DNA from: a virus
DNA length: 34,496 nucleotides
UHGV virus genome: UHGV-0203090
Reading direction: 5' to 3' (one strand)
Position numbers and translations under genes: made by a program. Of this stretch, positions 18,302-27,633 are shown piece after piece (within the stretch, counting starts at the first letter, position 1; each line of letters opens with the position of its first letter). Below the pieces are notes generated by a model. The model ran no database searches and was not told the origin of the DNA. It saw only the letters and a program-made list of their open reading frames with translations.

Positions 18302-18640
18302 ATGGATTTATATGAACAAATACAAACCTATATAGCACAACTTGATATATCTGTAAAACAATTAAGAAAAAGTGGTACAGATTTAGCAGAGGCAGAACAA
18401 AAATATAAAATTTCTTTAAGACAAGAGGCATTAAAGTTACGTGCTGAAAAAGGCATGCCTGTAACTTTAATAAATCAAATTATATATGGTGTTCCTGAAG
18501 TTGCAAAATTAAGGTTTGATAGAGATGTTAAAGAAGCAGTATATCAGGCTAATCTAGAAAGTATAAATAGTACAAAATTAAAATTGAGAATATTAGAAAA
18601 CCAACTTGATAGGGAATGGGGACATGCTAAAAAAGTATAA
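18302..18640 (+). CDS. Hypothetical phage protein
   Basis: GAGGTG RBS. Helical protein ending in REW. Confidence 0.7.
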   Translation: MDLYEQIQTYIAQLDISVKQLRKSGTDLAEAEQKYKISLRQEALKLRAEKGMPVTLINQIIYGVPEVAKLRFDRDVKEAVYQANLESINSTKLKLRILENQLDREWGHAKKV

Positions 18641-18646
18641 GGAAGA

Positions 18647-18967
18647 TTGGAAATGAAAAAGGTATCAGATAGTAAAAGGTATTCAATATTAACAGATGAT
18701 TTAGAGCATTGCATTATCTGTGGAAGAACTAATGTAAATAAGCACGAAATATTTTTTGGTACTGCTAATAGACAATTAAGTAAAAATTATGGATTAGTGA
18801 TACCTTTATGTGTGGAGTTACATCATAATCAATTTGCTTGCAAAGGAATACATTTTGATAAAGAGTTATGCGGAGAGTGGCAAAAAATAGGTCAAAAAGC
18901 ATTTATGGAATATTACAATAAAACAATAGAAGAATTTAGACAAATATTTGGAAAAAATTATTTATAA
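18647..18967 (+). CDS. Zinc-binding HNH-like protein
   Basis: CIICG...HEIFFGTANRQLS...GLVIPLC...HH...FGKNYL. Confidence 0.7.
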   Translation: MEMKKVSDSKRYSILTDDLEHCIICGRTNVNKHEIFFGTANRQLSKNYGLVIPLCVELHHNQFACKGIHFDKELCGEWQKIGQKAFMEYYNKTIEEFRQIFGKNYL

Positions 18968-18979
18968 GGGGGAAAAAAT

Positions 18980-19345
18980 TTGAAATATAAGGTTGAAATA
19001 CCGATTAAATTACCAAGTTTAAACGATTATATAAATGAATGTAGAAAAAATAAATATGCAGGAGCTAATATGAAGAAAAATGTTGAAAAAGATATAGGCT
19101 GGTATATAAACTTACTACCTACATACGAAAATCCAATTAAAATTCATTTCATATGGGTAGAAGAAAACAAAAGACGTGATTTAGATAATGTATGTTTTGC
19201 TAAAAAATTCATATTAGATTCAATGGTAAAAGCGGGAAAATTAAAAAACGATAACAGAAACTTTGTAAAAGGCTTTAGAGATGATTTTGAATATGGCAAA
19301 TCAAGTAAAGTTATTTTAGAAATAGAAGAGGTAGAATATGATTGA
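18980..19345 (+). CDS. RusA-like Holliday junction resolvase
   Basis: LPSLNDY, RRDLDNV..AKKFILDSMV..G.L.ND motif. Confidence 0.8.
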   Translation: MKYKVEIPIKLPSLNDYINECRKNKYAGANMKKNVEKDIGWYINLLPTYENPIKIHFIWVEENKRRDLDNVCFAKKFILDSMVKAGKLKNDNRNFVKGFRDDFEYGKSSKVILEIEEVEYD

Positions 19346-19466
19346 GAAAAAATTAATAAAAGAATATGAAAAATATAATTTATATGGGATATATAAAAAT
19401 AAAAAATTATTATATAAAACTTGCGAAAGTAATATAAAAGATTGTTATAAAAAAAGGAGAAATTAA
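19338..19466 (+). CDS. Small hypothetical protein (42 aa)
   Basis: Not in the ORF track. GAGGT RBS; fills the gap between neighbours. Confidence 0.5.
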   Translation: MIEKKLIKEYEKYNLYGIYKNKKLLYKTCESNIKDCYKKRRN

Positions 19467-19847
19467 GTGATGAAAAAAGTAAAAGGAATTGAATTAATGC
19501 AGATGATTATAGATGGAAGAATACAAGAGGAAACTGAAATAAAATGCACAGATAGTTATAACGGAACATATGTATTTAAAAATAAGGAATTAAAACATAA
19601 AGTAAGTGATGTGACTATTTTTAATAGATATTCTCTTAAAAGTTTCTTGAATACTTATTTTGAAATATTAGAAAATGATACAGAAAAAATAAAAGAAATA
19701 GATACACAACCAGGAAATACTTTATTTACAATGGAATGTTGTGTTGGGTCAACAGAAAAAGCACAAGATTGGAATTTTAGAATATTAAAAGATAAAATTA
19801 ACGAATTAGTAAGAGCAGTAAAATTTTTAGGAGGGAAAAAAGTATAA
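19467..19847 (+). CDS. Hypothetical protein
   Basis: ORF with RBS in the early/middle operon. KINELVRAV C-terminus. Confidence 0.7.
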   Translation: MMKKVKGIELMQMIIDGRIQEETEIKCTDSYNGTYVFKNKELKHKVSDVTIFNRYSLKSFLNTYFEILENDTEKIKEIDTQPGNTLFTMECCVGSTEKAQDWNFRILKDKINELVRAVKFLGGKKV

Positions 19848-19872
19848 AAAAATAAATAAGGAAGGTGAAAAT

Positions 19873-20622
19873 ATGAATTTATCAAGAGAAAATATAGATA
19901 AGCTAATATTTGGAGGTATATATAAAATTGATTATGATGATTTAAAACAATGGTGCCCTAATCAAGTTGAACGATTAAATAACCAACATTATGGAATTTG
20001 GATTCCAGTTCATTCTATCAATAAAAAAGGAGAAGAAAATTATTACATGATAGATACTTATCAGATGTCAAGCAATTCTTTTAATAATCAATATAATAGT
20101 AATAAATATGAAAGATACAAAGCCTTATTGGAAGGATTGGAAAGATGTTTAGATGGAGAACATGGCAATTGGGTGGCTTTTAAAACACATGATTATTTTT
20201 ATTCTGCAATCATAAAAATAACAGATACTAATTTTCATATATTTAAATTGATTGCGGATTTGCATAATTATAAATTATCAGACGATGATGAATGTCGTCA
20301 ATATAATAAAGAAGATGTATTATATCATATTAAATTGTATAACGAACATAATTATCCATCAGGAATAGTTCTTGTAAAAAAAGAAGCAAAAATAAATTAT
20401 CAAAATAAGATAAATGCTAAGATACAGGATATTAAACGATGGATAGAGCAGCCTAAAGCTGCAAACGATTATAATATACAGGAATTATTAAAAATAGAAA
20501 AAGAAGCGATAGATAATAATGTAAAATATGATAAACAAGAATTATATAAATTTATCAAATATAATGATTTTATAAAAGACTTAGAAACATTATTAAAAAA
20601 ATATTTAAATAAAAATGGTTAA
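19873..20622 (+). CDS. Hypothetical protein
   Basis: 249 aa ORF, GAAGGTG RBS. Confidence 0.75.
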   Translation: MNLSRENIDKLIFGGIYKIDYDDLKQWCPNQVERLNNQHYGIWIPVHSINKKGEENYYMIDTYQMSSNSFNNQYNSNKYERYKALLEGLERCLDGEHGNWVAFKTHDYFYSAIIKITDTNFHIFKLIADLHNYKLSDDDECRQYNKEDVLYHIKLYNEHNYPSGIVLVKKEAKINYQNKINAKIQDIKRWIEQPKAANDYNIQELLKIEKEAIDNNVKYDKQELYKFIKYNDFIKDLETLLKKYLNKNG

Positions 20623-20649
20623 TTGCTATAAAGTAGGAGGAGAATAGAT

Positions 20650-20886
20650 ATGAATATACAAATAAATTGTAAAGAAAACGTTTCAGAAGATGATTTACGA
20701 TATATATATTATAATTTAAAAGGTTATATAAGAAAATACGAAGAAACCAAAAATGATAGTTCATATTATAAATACAATGGCTGGAATGGGCATTGGGAAA
20801 TTAGTGCTTTAGGAAATATGTTTATGAAACCTAAAATAAAAATAAGATGTAATGGAAAAACAATGTATTTTAGAATAGGGGAATAG
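20650..20886 (+). CDS. Hypothetical protein
   Basis: AGGAGG RBS. Confidence 0.65.
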   Translation: MNIQINCKENVSEDDLRYIYYNLKGYIRKYEETKNDSSYYKYNGWNGHWEISALGNMFMKPKIKIRCNGKTMYFRIGE

Positions 20887-20888
20887 AT

Positions 20889-21164
20889 ATGAAACATAAT
20901 TGCTATATAGGAGAATGGGCAGATTATGAAGATGCTGAATTAGTAACATATGATAATTTAAAAGAGAAAGTAAAAAGCAATAATGAATCATTTGAATATG
21001 GATTAATCAAATATGGCGAAGATTTTATGAATGGGCTTATGAAAGAATTAAAGATAAAGGATTATTTTGATAAAAGAAAAAATACTAATTTGAATAGATT
21101 TAATTATTGCCCATATTGCGGTAAAAAAATAGATTGGAAAGAATTAAAAGAGAGGAGTAAATAA
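20889..21164 (+). CDS. Hypothetical protein with C-terminal zinc knuckle
   Basis: FNYCPYCGKKIDW. Confidence 0.7.
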   Translation: MKHNCYIGEWADYEDAELVTYDNLKEKVKSNNESFEYGLIKYGEDFMNGLMKELKIKDYFDKRKNTNLNRFNYCPYCGKKIDWKELKERSK

Positions 21165-21167
21165 GAT

Positions 21168-21380
21168 ATGAATAAAATAGATAAATTAAAAAGATTTTTA
21201 CAAGAGAAGATAGATAATGAATTAAATAAATATCCTTGCAGTGTTTACTTGCAAAATGCTTTAAGATTTATTACAGAAAAAGAATATGATACAGCTTATT
21301 CAGAAGTTTGTTGGGCAATAATAAAGAGTGGTGGAAAATTGACAGAAGAACAAGAAAAAATATTTAAAAATATCCATTAG
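21168..21380 (+). CDS. Hypothetical protein
   Basis: GAGGAG RBS. Confidence 0.65.
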   Translation: MNKIDKLKRFLQEKIDNELNKYPCSVYLQNALRFITEKEYDTAYSEVCWAIIKSGGKLTEEQEKIFKNIH

Positions 21381-21392
21381 GAGGTGCTTTAA

Positions 21393-21717
21393 GTGAAAGA
21401 AAAAGATGTATTAGAAAACATAAATAGCAATTTTTATATAATTGATTGTGAAGATTTTATATTTTATGCTCGAAGAGTTAGAATAACACGGATTTGGTGG
21501 AATTGCATGTGGGTCAAGCATAGATTTTTATTTGGATTGTAAAGAATCAATTAGCGAAGAAAATAAAAAAGTAATAGCACAAGAATTATTTGAAACTAGA
21601 GAAGAAGCACAAAGAGAAGCAGATAGATTAAATAACAAAAAAGATAATATAAAAAGAGCAACAGAATGGAACTCATACGAGAATAAAAAGAGAATATTAG
21701 AAATGAGAGGGATTTAA
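21393..21717 (+). CDS. Hypothetical protein with +1 frameshift at CGG 21489-21491 (fused about 107 aa)
   Basis: AGGAGG RBS and GTG at 21393. Skipping C21489 gives RRVRIT-GFGGIACGSSIDFYLDCKES...LFETREEAQREADRLN and joins the RBS-less ORF 21532-21717. Confidence 0.7.
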
Positions 21718-22179
21718 GTGAAAGAAAATAGTATAGAAGAAGATATAAATGTGTTAAAAAATTGTTGGGTAATGACAACAGAACATGAATTAGATAAAAA
21801 TAATATGGCGTTAAAAGCAGCAATAAAAAATATAGTAAAAGATTATGAAAGATTACTAAAAGAAAATCAAGAATTAAATACAAGATTGCAAGAAACTATA
21901 AAAGAAAATGAAGAACTAAAAGAAAGAATTAGAGAGCATACATTATTGATTTCACCTTATTATGTAAAAGAAAACTTTATTCCAGTTCAAAAAATAGAAA
22001 ATTTAATAAAAGAGCTAAAACAAGATGATATAAATATGACTAGAAAATATAAAGAAAAAAATAATATTACTGGAGAATTATTGGGTATTGATAAAGTAAG
22101 AGTAAGAGCTTACAGAGAAAAGACAAGAGAAATTAAAGAAAAAATACAAAAACTATTAATAGAAACAAAGGGGGAATGA
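21718..22179 (+). CDS. Hypothetical coiled-coil protein
   Basis: GAGGG RBS, GTG start, IPVQKIE motif. Confidence 0.7.
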   Translation: MKENSIEEDINVLKNCWVMTTEHELDKNNMALKAAIKNIVKDYERLLKENQELNTRLQETIKENEELKERIREHTLLISPYYVKENFIPVQKIENLIKELKQDDINMTRKYKEKNNITGELLGIDKVRVRAYREKTREIKEKIQKLLIETKGE

Positions 22180-22181
22180 AA

Positions 22182-22355
22182 ATGGCAAGCGTAACACAAT
22201 GTGATGTATGTGGTGATATAGTTAAACATGAAGATAGTAAACGTGTTGAAATTTATGATGCTGATGTACTTGGACATGTATGCGGATGTCTAGTTAATAA
22301 AGATATATGTTTAAACTGTTATGGAAAAATGAAGAAGTTTTTAAAAATAAAATAG
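22182..22355 (+). CDS. Small zinc-finger protein (57 aa, CDVC...DICLNC)
   Basis: Not in the ORF track. GGGGG RBS, two CxxC pairs. Confidence 0.65.
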   Translation: MASVTQCDVCGDIVKHEDSKRVEIYDADVLGHVCGCLVNKDICLNCYGKMKKFLKIK

Positions 22356-22368
22356 AGGTGAATAATAT

Positions 22369-22614
22369 ATGAATAAATATATTTATATAATATCAGTATT
22401 AATTATATTTACAATACTAAGTATTATAAGTTCAGTAGCAGATAAAAAGAAAATTGATTATGTTGCAAATGAATATAAAAATTTACAAGAAGAAAAGACA
22501 AGCTTACTAAAAGAAATAAAAGAGTTAAAAGAAGAAAATAACGCTTTTAGAAGTGTAATAGATACTTATAATATACCAAATAATTTAGATGCTAGATTTG
22601 AAAGTGAAAATTAA
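22369..22614 (+). CDS. Membrane-anchored coiled-coil protein
   Basis: N-terminal TM segment, GAGGTG RBS. Confidence 0.65.
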   Translation: MNKYIYIISVLIIFTILSIISSVADKKKIDYVANEYKNLQEEKTSLLKEIKELKEENNAFRSVIDTYNIPNNLDARFESEN

Positions 22615-22646
22615 TATTCTAAAAAAATATTTTTAAGGGGAAATTA

Positions 22647-22820
22647 ATGATGTGTGATAATATGATAAAGAAAAACTGCTTTGCATTTGATGAAGAAAAA
22701 TTTGATTGTAAAGCATTAGATAAATTATATTGTACTAAAGAAAAATGTCGTTTTTATAAAACAAAAGAAAAAAATGAAAGAGAAGAAAAAGCACATACAA
22801 AATATATTCTTAAAATGTAA
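22647..22820 (+). CDS. Small Cys-rich protein (57 aa, NCFAF...CKALDKLYC...CRFYKT)
   Basis: Not in the ORF track. AAGGGG RBS, spaced Cys pattern. Confidence 0.65.
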   Translation: MMCDNMIKKNCFAFDEEKFDCKALDKLYCTKEKCRFYKTKEKNEREEKAHTKYILKM

Positions 22821-22835
22821 TGTGGAGGTTGATAT

Positions 22836-23265
22836 ATGAGAGAGTTATTAGATAATTATAATAAATATTTAGCAGATATAAAAACAAAAGAATATGCAAT
22901 AAAAGAGCTAGAATTGGAAGAAATTTCTATATCTGGGAGTAATTTTGAAATAAATGGGGATATAAGACCTAAGCGGATTCATGCACTCTAATATAGAAAA
23001 AAAGGTAATAGATAATACAGATAAAATAAACAGATTAAAAAAAGAAATAGAAAAATTACAAGCTAAAATTGATATGATAGATAGTATGATAAATATATTG
23101 TCAGATTATCATCGTGAAATTGTAGATTTAAAATATAAGTATAATAAAACTAATAGTCAAATTGCTACAATAATGAAAAGAGAAGAAAGAACAATAAGAA
23201 AAGCTTTAAAGAAAATAATCTCAATATTAGATGAAAAATACGAAAGTTCCGTAAAAGTTCCTTAA
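22836..23265 (+). CDS. RinA/ArpU-like late transcriptional activator with +1 frameshift at CGG 22974-22976 (fused about 142 aa)
   Basis: GGAGG RBS and ATG 22836. Zero frame stops at 22991. Skipping C22974 gives DIRPK-GFMHSNIEKKVI...LSDYHREIVDLKY...QIATIMKREERTIRK (sigma-region-4-like HTH). Last gene before the late region. Confidence 0.8.
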
Positions 23266-23397
23266 TTTTTCCATTTCAGTACCTAGAATTTGCATTTAAA
23301 AAGTAATATAATATATAATAGCTACAAGAATGAAGAGTAAGGAAATTAACTAAATCTTATTCAAGTTTCTTGTTAATAAAAATTGATAAAAAAGCAT

Positions 23398-23875
23398 TGG
23401 TAGTACGCTAATTACTACCACCAGCCCGTATGGGCAATGTACATTAAGCAAAGTAATATGGCTGAATAATCGTTTCTAACGCGATAAGGCACTGTTTTAT
23501 AGGGTTGCGATACCTTTCATGAAATTCGATTGAAATATAATATAAAACAGGTACAAAAGTGGCTTGGCTGCGAGAAGTGGAACTGCGCGAACAGGGGGCG
23601 TATTTGCATAAGCAAAAAATGTTTCCACAGGCTTTGGAGTTGAGGCGTAGGTGCTTATATGAAAAGTCCTGAAATTTAGGAATGCATCATCTGTAGTTAG
23701 AATATAAGTTGGGAGTTACAGAATCTCTCAGTATATGTATATATACTTATCCACAAGTGTAGCAACATACCCGTCAAGCTGATGTTATACTTTGCTATTA
23801 TTTTGAATGCAAACAAGGGAAACCTTAGTTTTTTATAATCAACCTCTTTGTAGTCCGAACAGGGCTACTTTTTTA
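23398..23875 (+). ncRNA. Candidate large structured non-coding RNA
   Basis: ORF-free, GC-enriched relative to the genome. Nested stems include AGCAAAGTA(23447)/TACTTTGCT(23788) and CTGTTTTATA(23492)/TATAAAACAG(23541). Ends at a terminator-like hairpin. Confidence 0.55.
23850..23875 (+). terminator. Intrinsic terminator
   Basis: GTAGTCC-GAACA-GGGCTAC followed by a T tract. Confidence 0.65.
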
Positions 23876-23917
23876 ATGCTTATTTAAAAAAATGAGTAAT
23901 AAAAAGGTAGTGATACT

Positions 23918-24145
23918 ATGACGAAAGAAGAATATCGAAATTATCTGTGTAAACATTGTATAAGATATAATTGTAAAGAAAATATATGTGAATTAGATAA
24001 AGATACATACAAAGTATATAAATGTACTGAATATGTATCTATTTTTATGTGCAACAAAAGAAATTGTAGAGAGTGTAATAAATGCAATAAAACAGGAGAA
24101 CAAAGTGTACAATATATTACAAAAAATAGAGAAAATGTTAGATAG
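23918..24145 (+). CDS. Cys-rich hypothetical protein
   Basis: AAGGTAG RBS-like sequence, multiple Cys. Confidence 0.55.
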   Translation: MTKEEYRNYLCKHCIRYNCKENICELDKDTYKVYKCTEYVSIFMCNKRNCRECNKCNKTGEQSVQYITKNRENVR

Positions 24146-24284
24146 TAATAATAAAATAAAAGGTTATCAGGTAGAGATATACTTAGACGAAAAAAATTAC
24201 GTAATGAGTAAGGAATATTCAAAAGAGGACAAAGCAAAAGTAGTAGGCTTTACAATACCAAGCAAAAATGACTATGAGGAGTGA
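24105..24284 (+). CDS. Hypothetical protein (59 aa)
   Basis: AGGAG RBS before GTG 24105, within track ORF 24033-24284. Confidence 0.6.
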   Translation: MYNILQKIEKMLDSNNKIKGYQVEIYLDEKNYVMSKEYSKEDKAKVVGFTIPSKNDYEE

Positions 24285-24290
24285 TTTTCT

Positions 24291-24440
24291 ATGTGGACAA
24301 TAATTATATTAATAATATTAAGCCCTGTTATATTAATAACAGGATTTTTTAGTATAGTAATATTATTTGGTATATTAAATTGGATGATAACAACTTTTGT
24401 TAATTTTATATATGATATTTGTGACTTTGGAGAAAAATAA
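24291..24440 (+). CDS. Small hydrophobic membrane protein (49 aa)
   Basis: Not in the ORF track. GAGGAG RBS, strongly hydrophobic. Confidence 0.6.
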   Translation: MWTIIILIILSPVILITGFFSIVILFGILNWMITTFVNFIYDICDFGEK

Positions 24441-24455
24441 AGCAGGTGAGGGAGC

Positions 24456-24929
24456 GTGGCAAAATATGACTGGATAGCATTAGAAGAAGAATATATATTA
24501 AGTGATTATAAAAGTGTAAGTGCATTTCTAAAAGTTAAAGGAATAAATAATAATGGCACAACGAGAAAACGTACATCAGGTTGGAAAGACAAAAAGAGAC
24601 AAAAAGAAGACAAAAAAGCAACAAAAACAATAGAAAAAGTCATTGAAAAACAATCTGAAAATGATGCTAATACTGCTGTAAAAATAAATGATGTAGCAGA
24701 AGAATTATTAAAAAAAATAATGGAAGCTACAAATCAGTTAAATATACATGTTGATATGTTTGGCAATAAACATACAAGTATAGTAGATAGAAACGATGTG
24801 AAAAAATTAACGTCTGCGTTAAAAGATTTAAAAGATATAATACCACAAAAACAAGAAGATGAAGAAGATAATAGCTTCATGGAAGCTTTAAATGGAAAAG
24901 TAGAGGAAATATGGAATGAAGAAGAATAA
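24456..24929 (+). CDS. terS: Terminase small subunit
   Basis: Directly upstream of and overlapping terL. N-terminal YDW...EY HTH-like region. Confidence 0.75.
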   Translation: MAKYDWIALEEEYILSDYKSVSAFLKVKGINNNGTTRKRTSGWKDKKRQKEDKKATKTIEKVIEKQSENDANTAVKINDVAEELLKKIMEATNQLNIHVDMFGNKHTSIVDRNDVKKLTSALKDLKDIIPQKQEDEEDNSFMEALNGKVEEIWNEEE

Positions 24930-26229
24930 GGGAAATTTCCAATGGAAAACATTTTCTAAAAAGCAAATGAAAGTATGGACTTGGTGGAATGATAAATCAC
25001 CATTTCGCGATATGGATGGTATTATAGCAGATGGTGCAGTAAGAAGTGGAAAAACAGTTGTAATGGCACCATCGTTTGTAATGTGGGCTATGGAAAACTT
25101 TGACGAGTGTGATTTTGCTATATGTAGTAAAACAATAGGATCTTTAAAAAGGAATGTACTAAATACTTTAAAAAAACAGTTGCATTCACTTAAATATAGA
25201 TATGAACATAAAAGAAATGAAAATTTGCTAATTGTATCAAAAAATGGTAAAACAAATTATTTTTACTTGTTTGGTGGAAAAGATGAGGCTAGCCAAGATT
25301 TAATACAAGGTATGACACTGGCAGGAATATTCTTTGATGAAGTTGCATTAATGCCTTATAGTTTTGTAGACCAAGGATTAGCTAGATGTTCTGTTGAGGG
25401 GTCAAAGTTTTGGTTTAACTGTAACCCTAAAAATCCAAAACATTGGTTTAAATTAGAATTTGTGGATAAGTTAGAAGAAAAGAAACTTTTATATTTACAT
25501 TTTACCATGGAAGACAATTTAACATTATCTGAAGCAGTAAAAGAAAGATATAGAAGGATGTTCACAGGTGTGTTTTATAAACGTAATGTACTTGGTTTAT
25601 GGTGTACAGCCGAAGGAGCAATATATGAAGTATATATCAATAATAAAGAAAGCTTTTATACAGATGAACCAGACTACGATTATATACAAATAGGAATGGA
25701 TTTTGGTGGAAATGGCTCTGCACATACATTAGTTGCAACTGGTCTAAAACATAATTATTCTAAATTAACAACATTAATAAGTAAAAGAATAGAGGCAAAG
25801 GGAATAACACCAGACCAATTAATAAATATAGTAAAAGAGTTTATAATACAAGTTCAACATTTATATGGACAAGTAGATTATATTTACCCAGATAGTGCTG
25901 AACAAACTCTTATAAACGGTATTAAAGAAATGTGTTATAAAGAGTTTCCACATATTATTGTTAGAAACAGTATTAAAAATGAAATAATAGATAGAATTAG
26001 GTGTACTACAATGCTTATGGCATGTGGTATTTTTTTTATGACTAGAAATTGTAAAACTTTAGAAGATGCATTTGAAAATGCAGTATGGAATGATAAACCC
26101 AAAGAGCAAGGAAAAGATGAGAGACTCGACGATGGTACATCTGATATTGATACATTAGATGCATTTGAATATAGTTTTGAAAAGCATATTAAAGGTTATA
26201 TGAGATATGCAGCAAGTAAAGTAGCATGA
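24916..26229 (+). CDS. terL: Terminase large subunit, PBSX family
   Basis: DGAVRSGKT Walker A, FFDEVALMP Walker B, NCNP motif, nuclease GMDFG and DTLDAFEY. Confidence 0.95.
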   Translation: MKKNKGNFQWKTFSKKQMKVWTWWNDKSPFRDMDGIIADGAVRSGKTVVMAPSFVMWAMENFDECDFAICSKTIGSLKRNVLNTLKKQLHSLKYRYEHKRNENLLIVSKNGKTNYFYLFGGKDEASQDLIQGMTLAGIFFDEVALMPYSFVDQGLARCSVEGSKFWFNCNPKNPKHWFKLEFVDKLEEKKLLYLHFTMEDNLTLSEAVKERYRRMFTGVFYKRNVLGLWCTAEGAIYEVYINNKESFYTDEPDYDYIQIGMDFGGNGSAHTLVATGLKHNYSKLTTLISKRIEAKGITPDQLINIVKEFIIQVQHLYGQVDYIYPDSAEQTLINGIKEMCYKEFPHIIVRNSIKNEIIDRIRCTTMLMACGIFFMTRNCKTLEDAFENAVWNDKPKEQGKDERLDDGTSDIDTLDAFEYSFEKHIKGYMRYAASKVA

Positions 26230-26239
26230 GGTGTTATAA

Positions 26240-27628
26240 ATGTTTGAGAAAATAAAAGAATGGTTTTTAAGGGGGATAGACAAAATGTTAAGTAAGTCTA
26301 CAGTAGAAGAAGCATTAAAAGTTAAAACAGCAGTTTCTTTTGAAATGGAAGCAGCAATGAACTTATGGTTAAAGATATTTACTAATAATGCTCCGTGGCT
26401 AAACAAAGAAGTTCGAAGTTTGCAGCTTGGTGCAAGTATTGCAGAAGAATTTGCAAGACTTATTACTTTAGAAATGAAATCTGAAGTTACAGGCAGTACA
26501 AGGGCAGATTATATCAATCAACATTATCAAAAAGTATTAGAAGATTTAAAATCAGAATTAGCGTTGTTTAACGCAGTAGGTGGAGGCTTTTTCAAGCCAT
26601 ATGTCAAGGCAAATAAATTCTACATAGATTATATACCACAAACAGATTGTAAGCCTCTTAAATTTGATAGCTCAGGTAATATAACAAGCATGGTATTTAG
26701 TAGTCAAATTACAAAAGGGGATAAAATATATACTAGGCTTGAAACACATACGTTACAAGGCACAGATTATATTATAGAGAATAAAGTATATGTAACCGAA
26801 AGCTATAATAGTACTATGTTAGGCAGAATTAGTTCTTTATCTGAAGTTACAGAATGGAGTGAATTATCTGAAAAAACAATTATACAAAATATAGAAAGAC
26901 CTTTATTTGCTTATTATAAGGTACCTTTAAGTAATAATATAGATACTAAATCTTGTTTAGGACCATCTGTGTATCATAAAGCAATTGATAGTATAAGAAA
27001 AGCTGATATACAAGCTGCAAGACTAGATTATGAATATGACAGTGCAGAAAGAAGCATATATGCTGACATTGATGCATTAAGGAATCAAGAGGGGAAAGAA
27101 AGAAGAAGTAAAATAGTAAAAACATTAAACACTGGAGAAGATGGATTCTATAAAGAATTTAGTCCGACTTTAAGAGATGAGGGATTTATACGTGGATTAA
27201 ATAAAATAAAGCAGGAAATTGAATTTCAATGTAATCTTGCATATGGAACTATATCAGATCCAAACCAAGTAGATAAAACTGCAACTGAAATTAATGCAAG
27301 TAAGCAACGTTCTTATGCTTCTGTATCACAAATGCAAAATAGCTTAGAGAAAGCACTGAAACATCTTGTATATATTTTAGATGTGTATTGTGATTTATAT
27401 GATTTAGCACCTGCAGGTGAATATGAAGTATCAGCTGAATGGGATGATAGTATAATTGTTGATACAGAATCAGAGCAAAGAATAAGGTTACAGGAAACTA
27501 ACCTTGGGCTTGGTAGCAAATTAGACTATTTAATGTGGAGATATGGACTTACTGAGGAACAAGCACAAGAAAAGCTTGATAGAATAAAACAAGAAAAATC
27601 CGAAAATGCAATATTTGATGAGGAGTGA
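26240..27628 (+). CDS. Portal protein (A118/SPP1-like)
   Basis: Position after terL. KTATEI and WDDSII.D motifs. Confidence 0.9.
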   Translation: MFEKIKEWFLRGIDKMLSKSTVEEALKVKTAVSFEMEAAMNLWLKIFTNNAPWLNKEVRSLQLGASIAEEFARLITLEMKSEVTGSTRADYINQHYQKVLEDLKSELALFNAVGGGFFKPYVKANKFYIDYIPQTDCKPLKFDSSGNITSMVFSSQITKGDKIYTRLETHTLQGTDYIIENKVYVTESYNSTMLGRISSLSEVTEWSELSEKTIIQNIERPLFAYYKVPLSNNIDTKSCLGPSVYHKAIDSIRKADIQAARLDYEYDSAERSIYADIDALRNQEGKERRSKIVKTLNTGEDGFYKEFSPTLRDEGFIRGLNKIKQEIEFQCNLAYGTISDPNQVDKTATEINASKQRSYASVSQMQNSLEKALKHLVYILDVYCDLYDLAPAGEYEVSAEWDDSIIVDTESEQRIRLQETNLGLGSKLDYLMWRYGLTEEQAQEKLDRIKQEKSENAIFDEE

Positions 27629-27633
27629 TGTAG

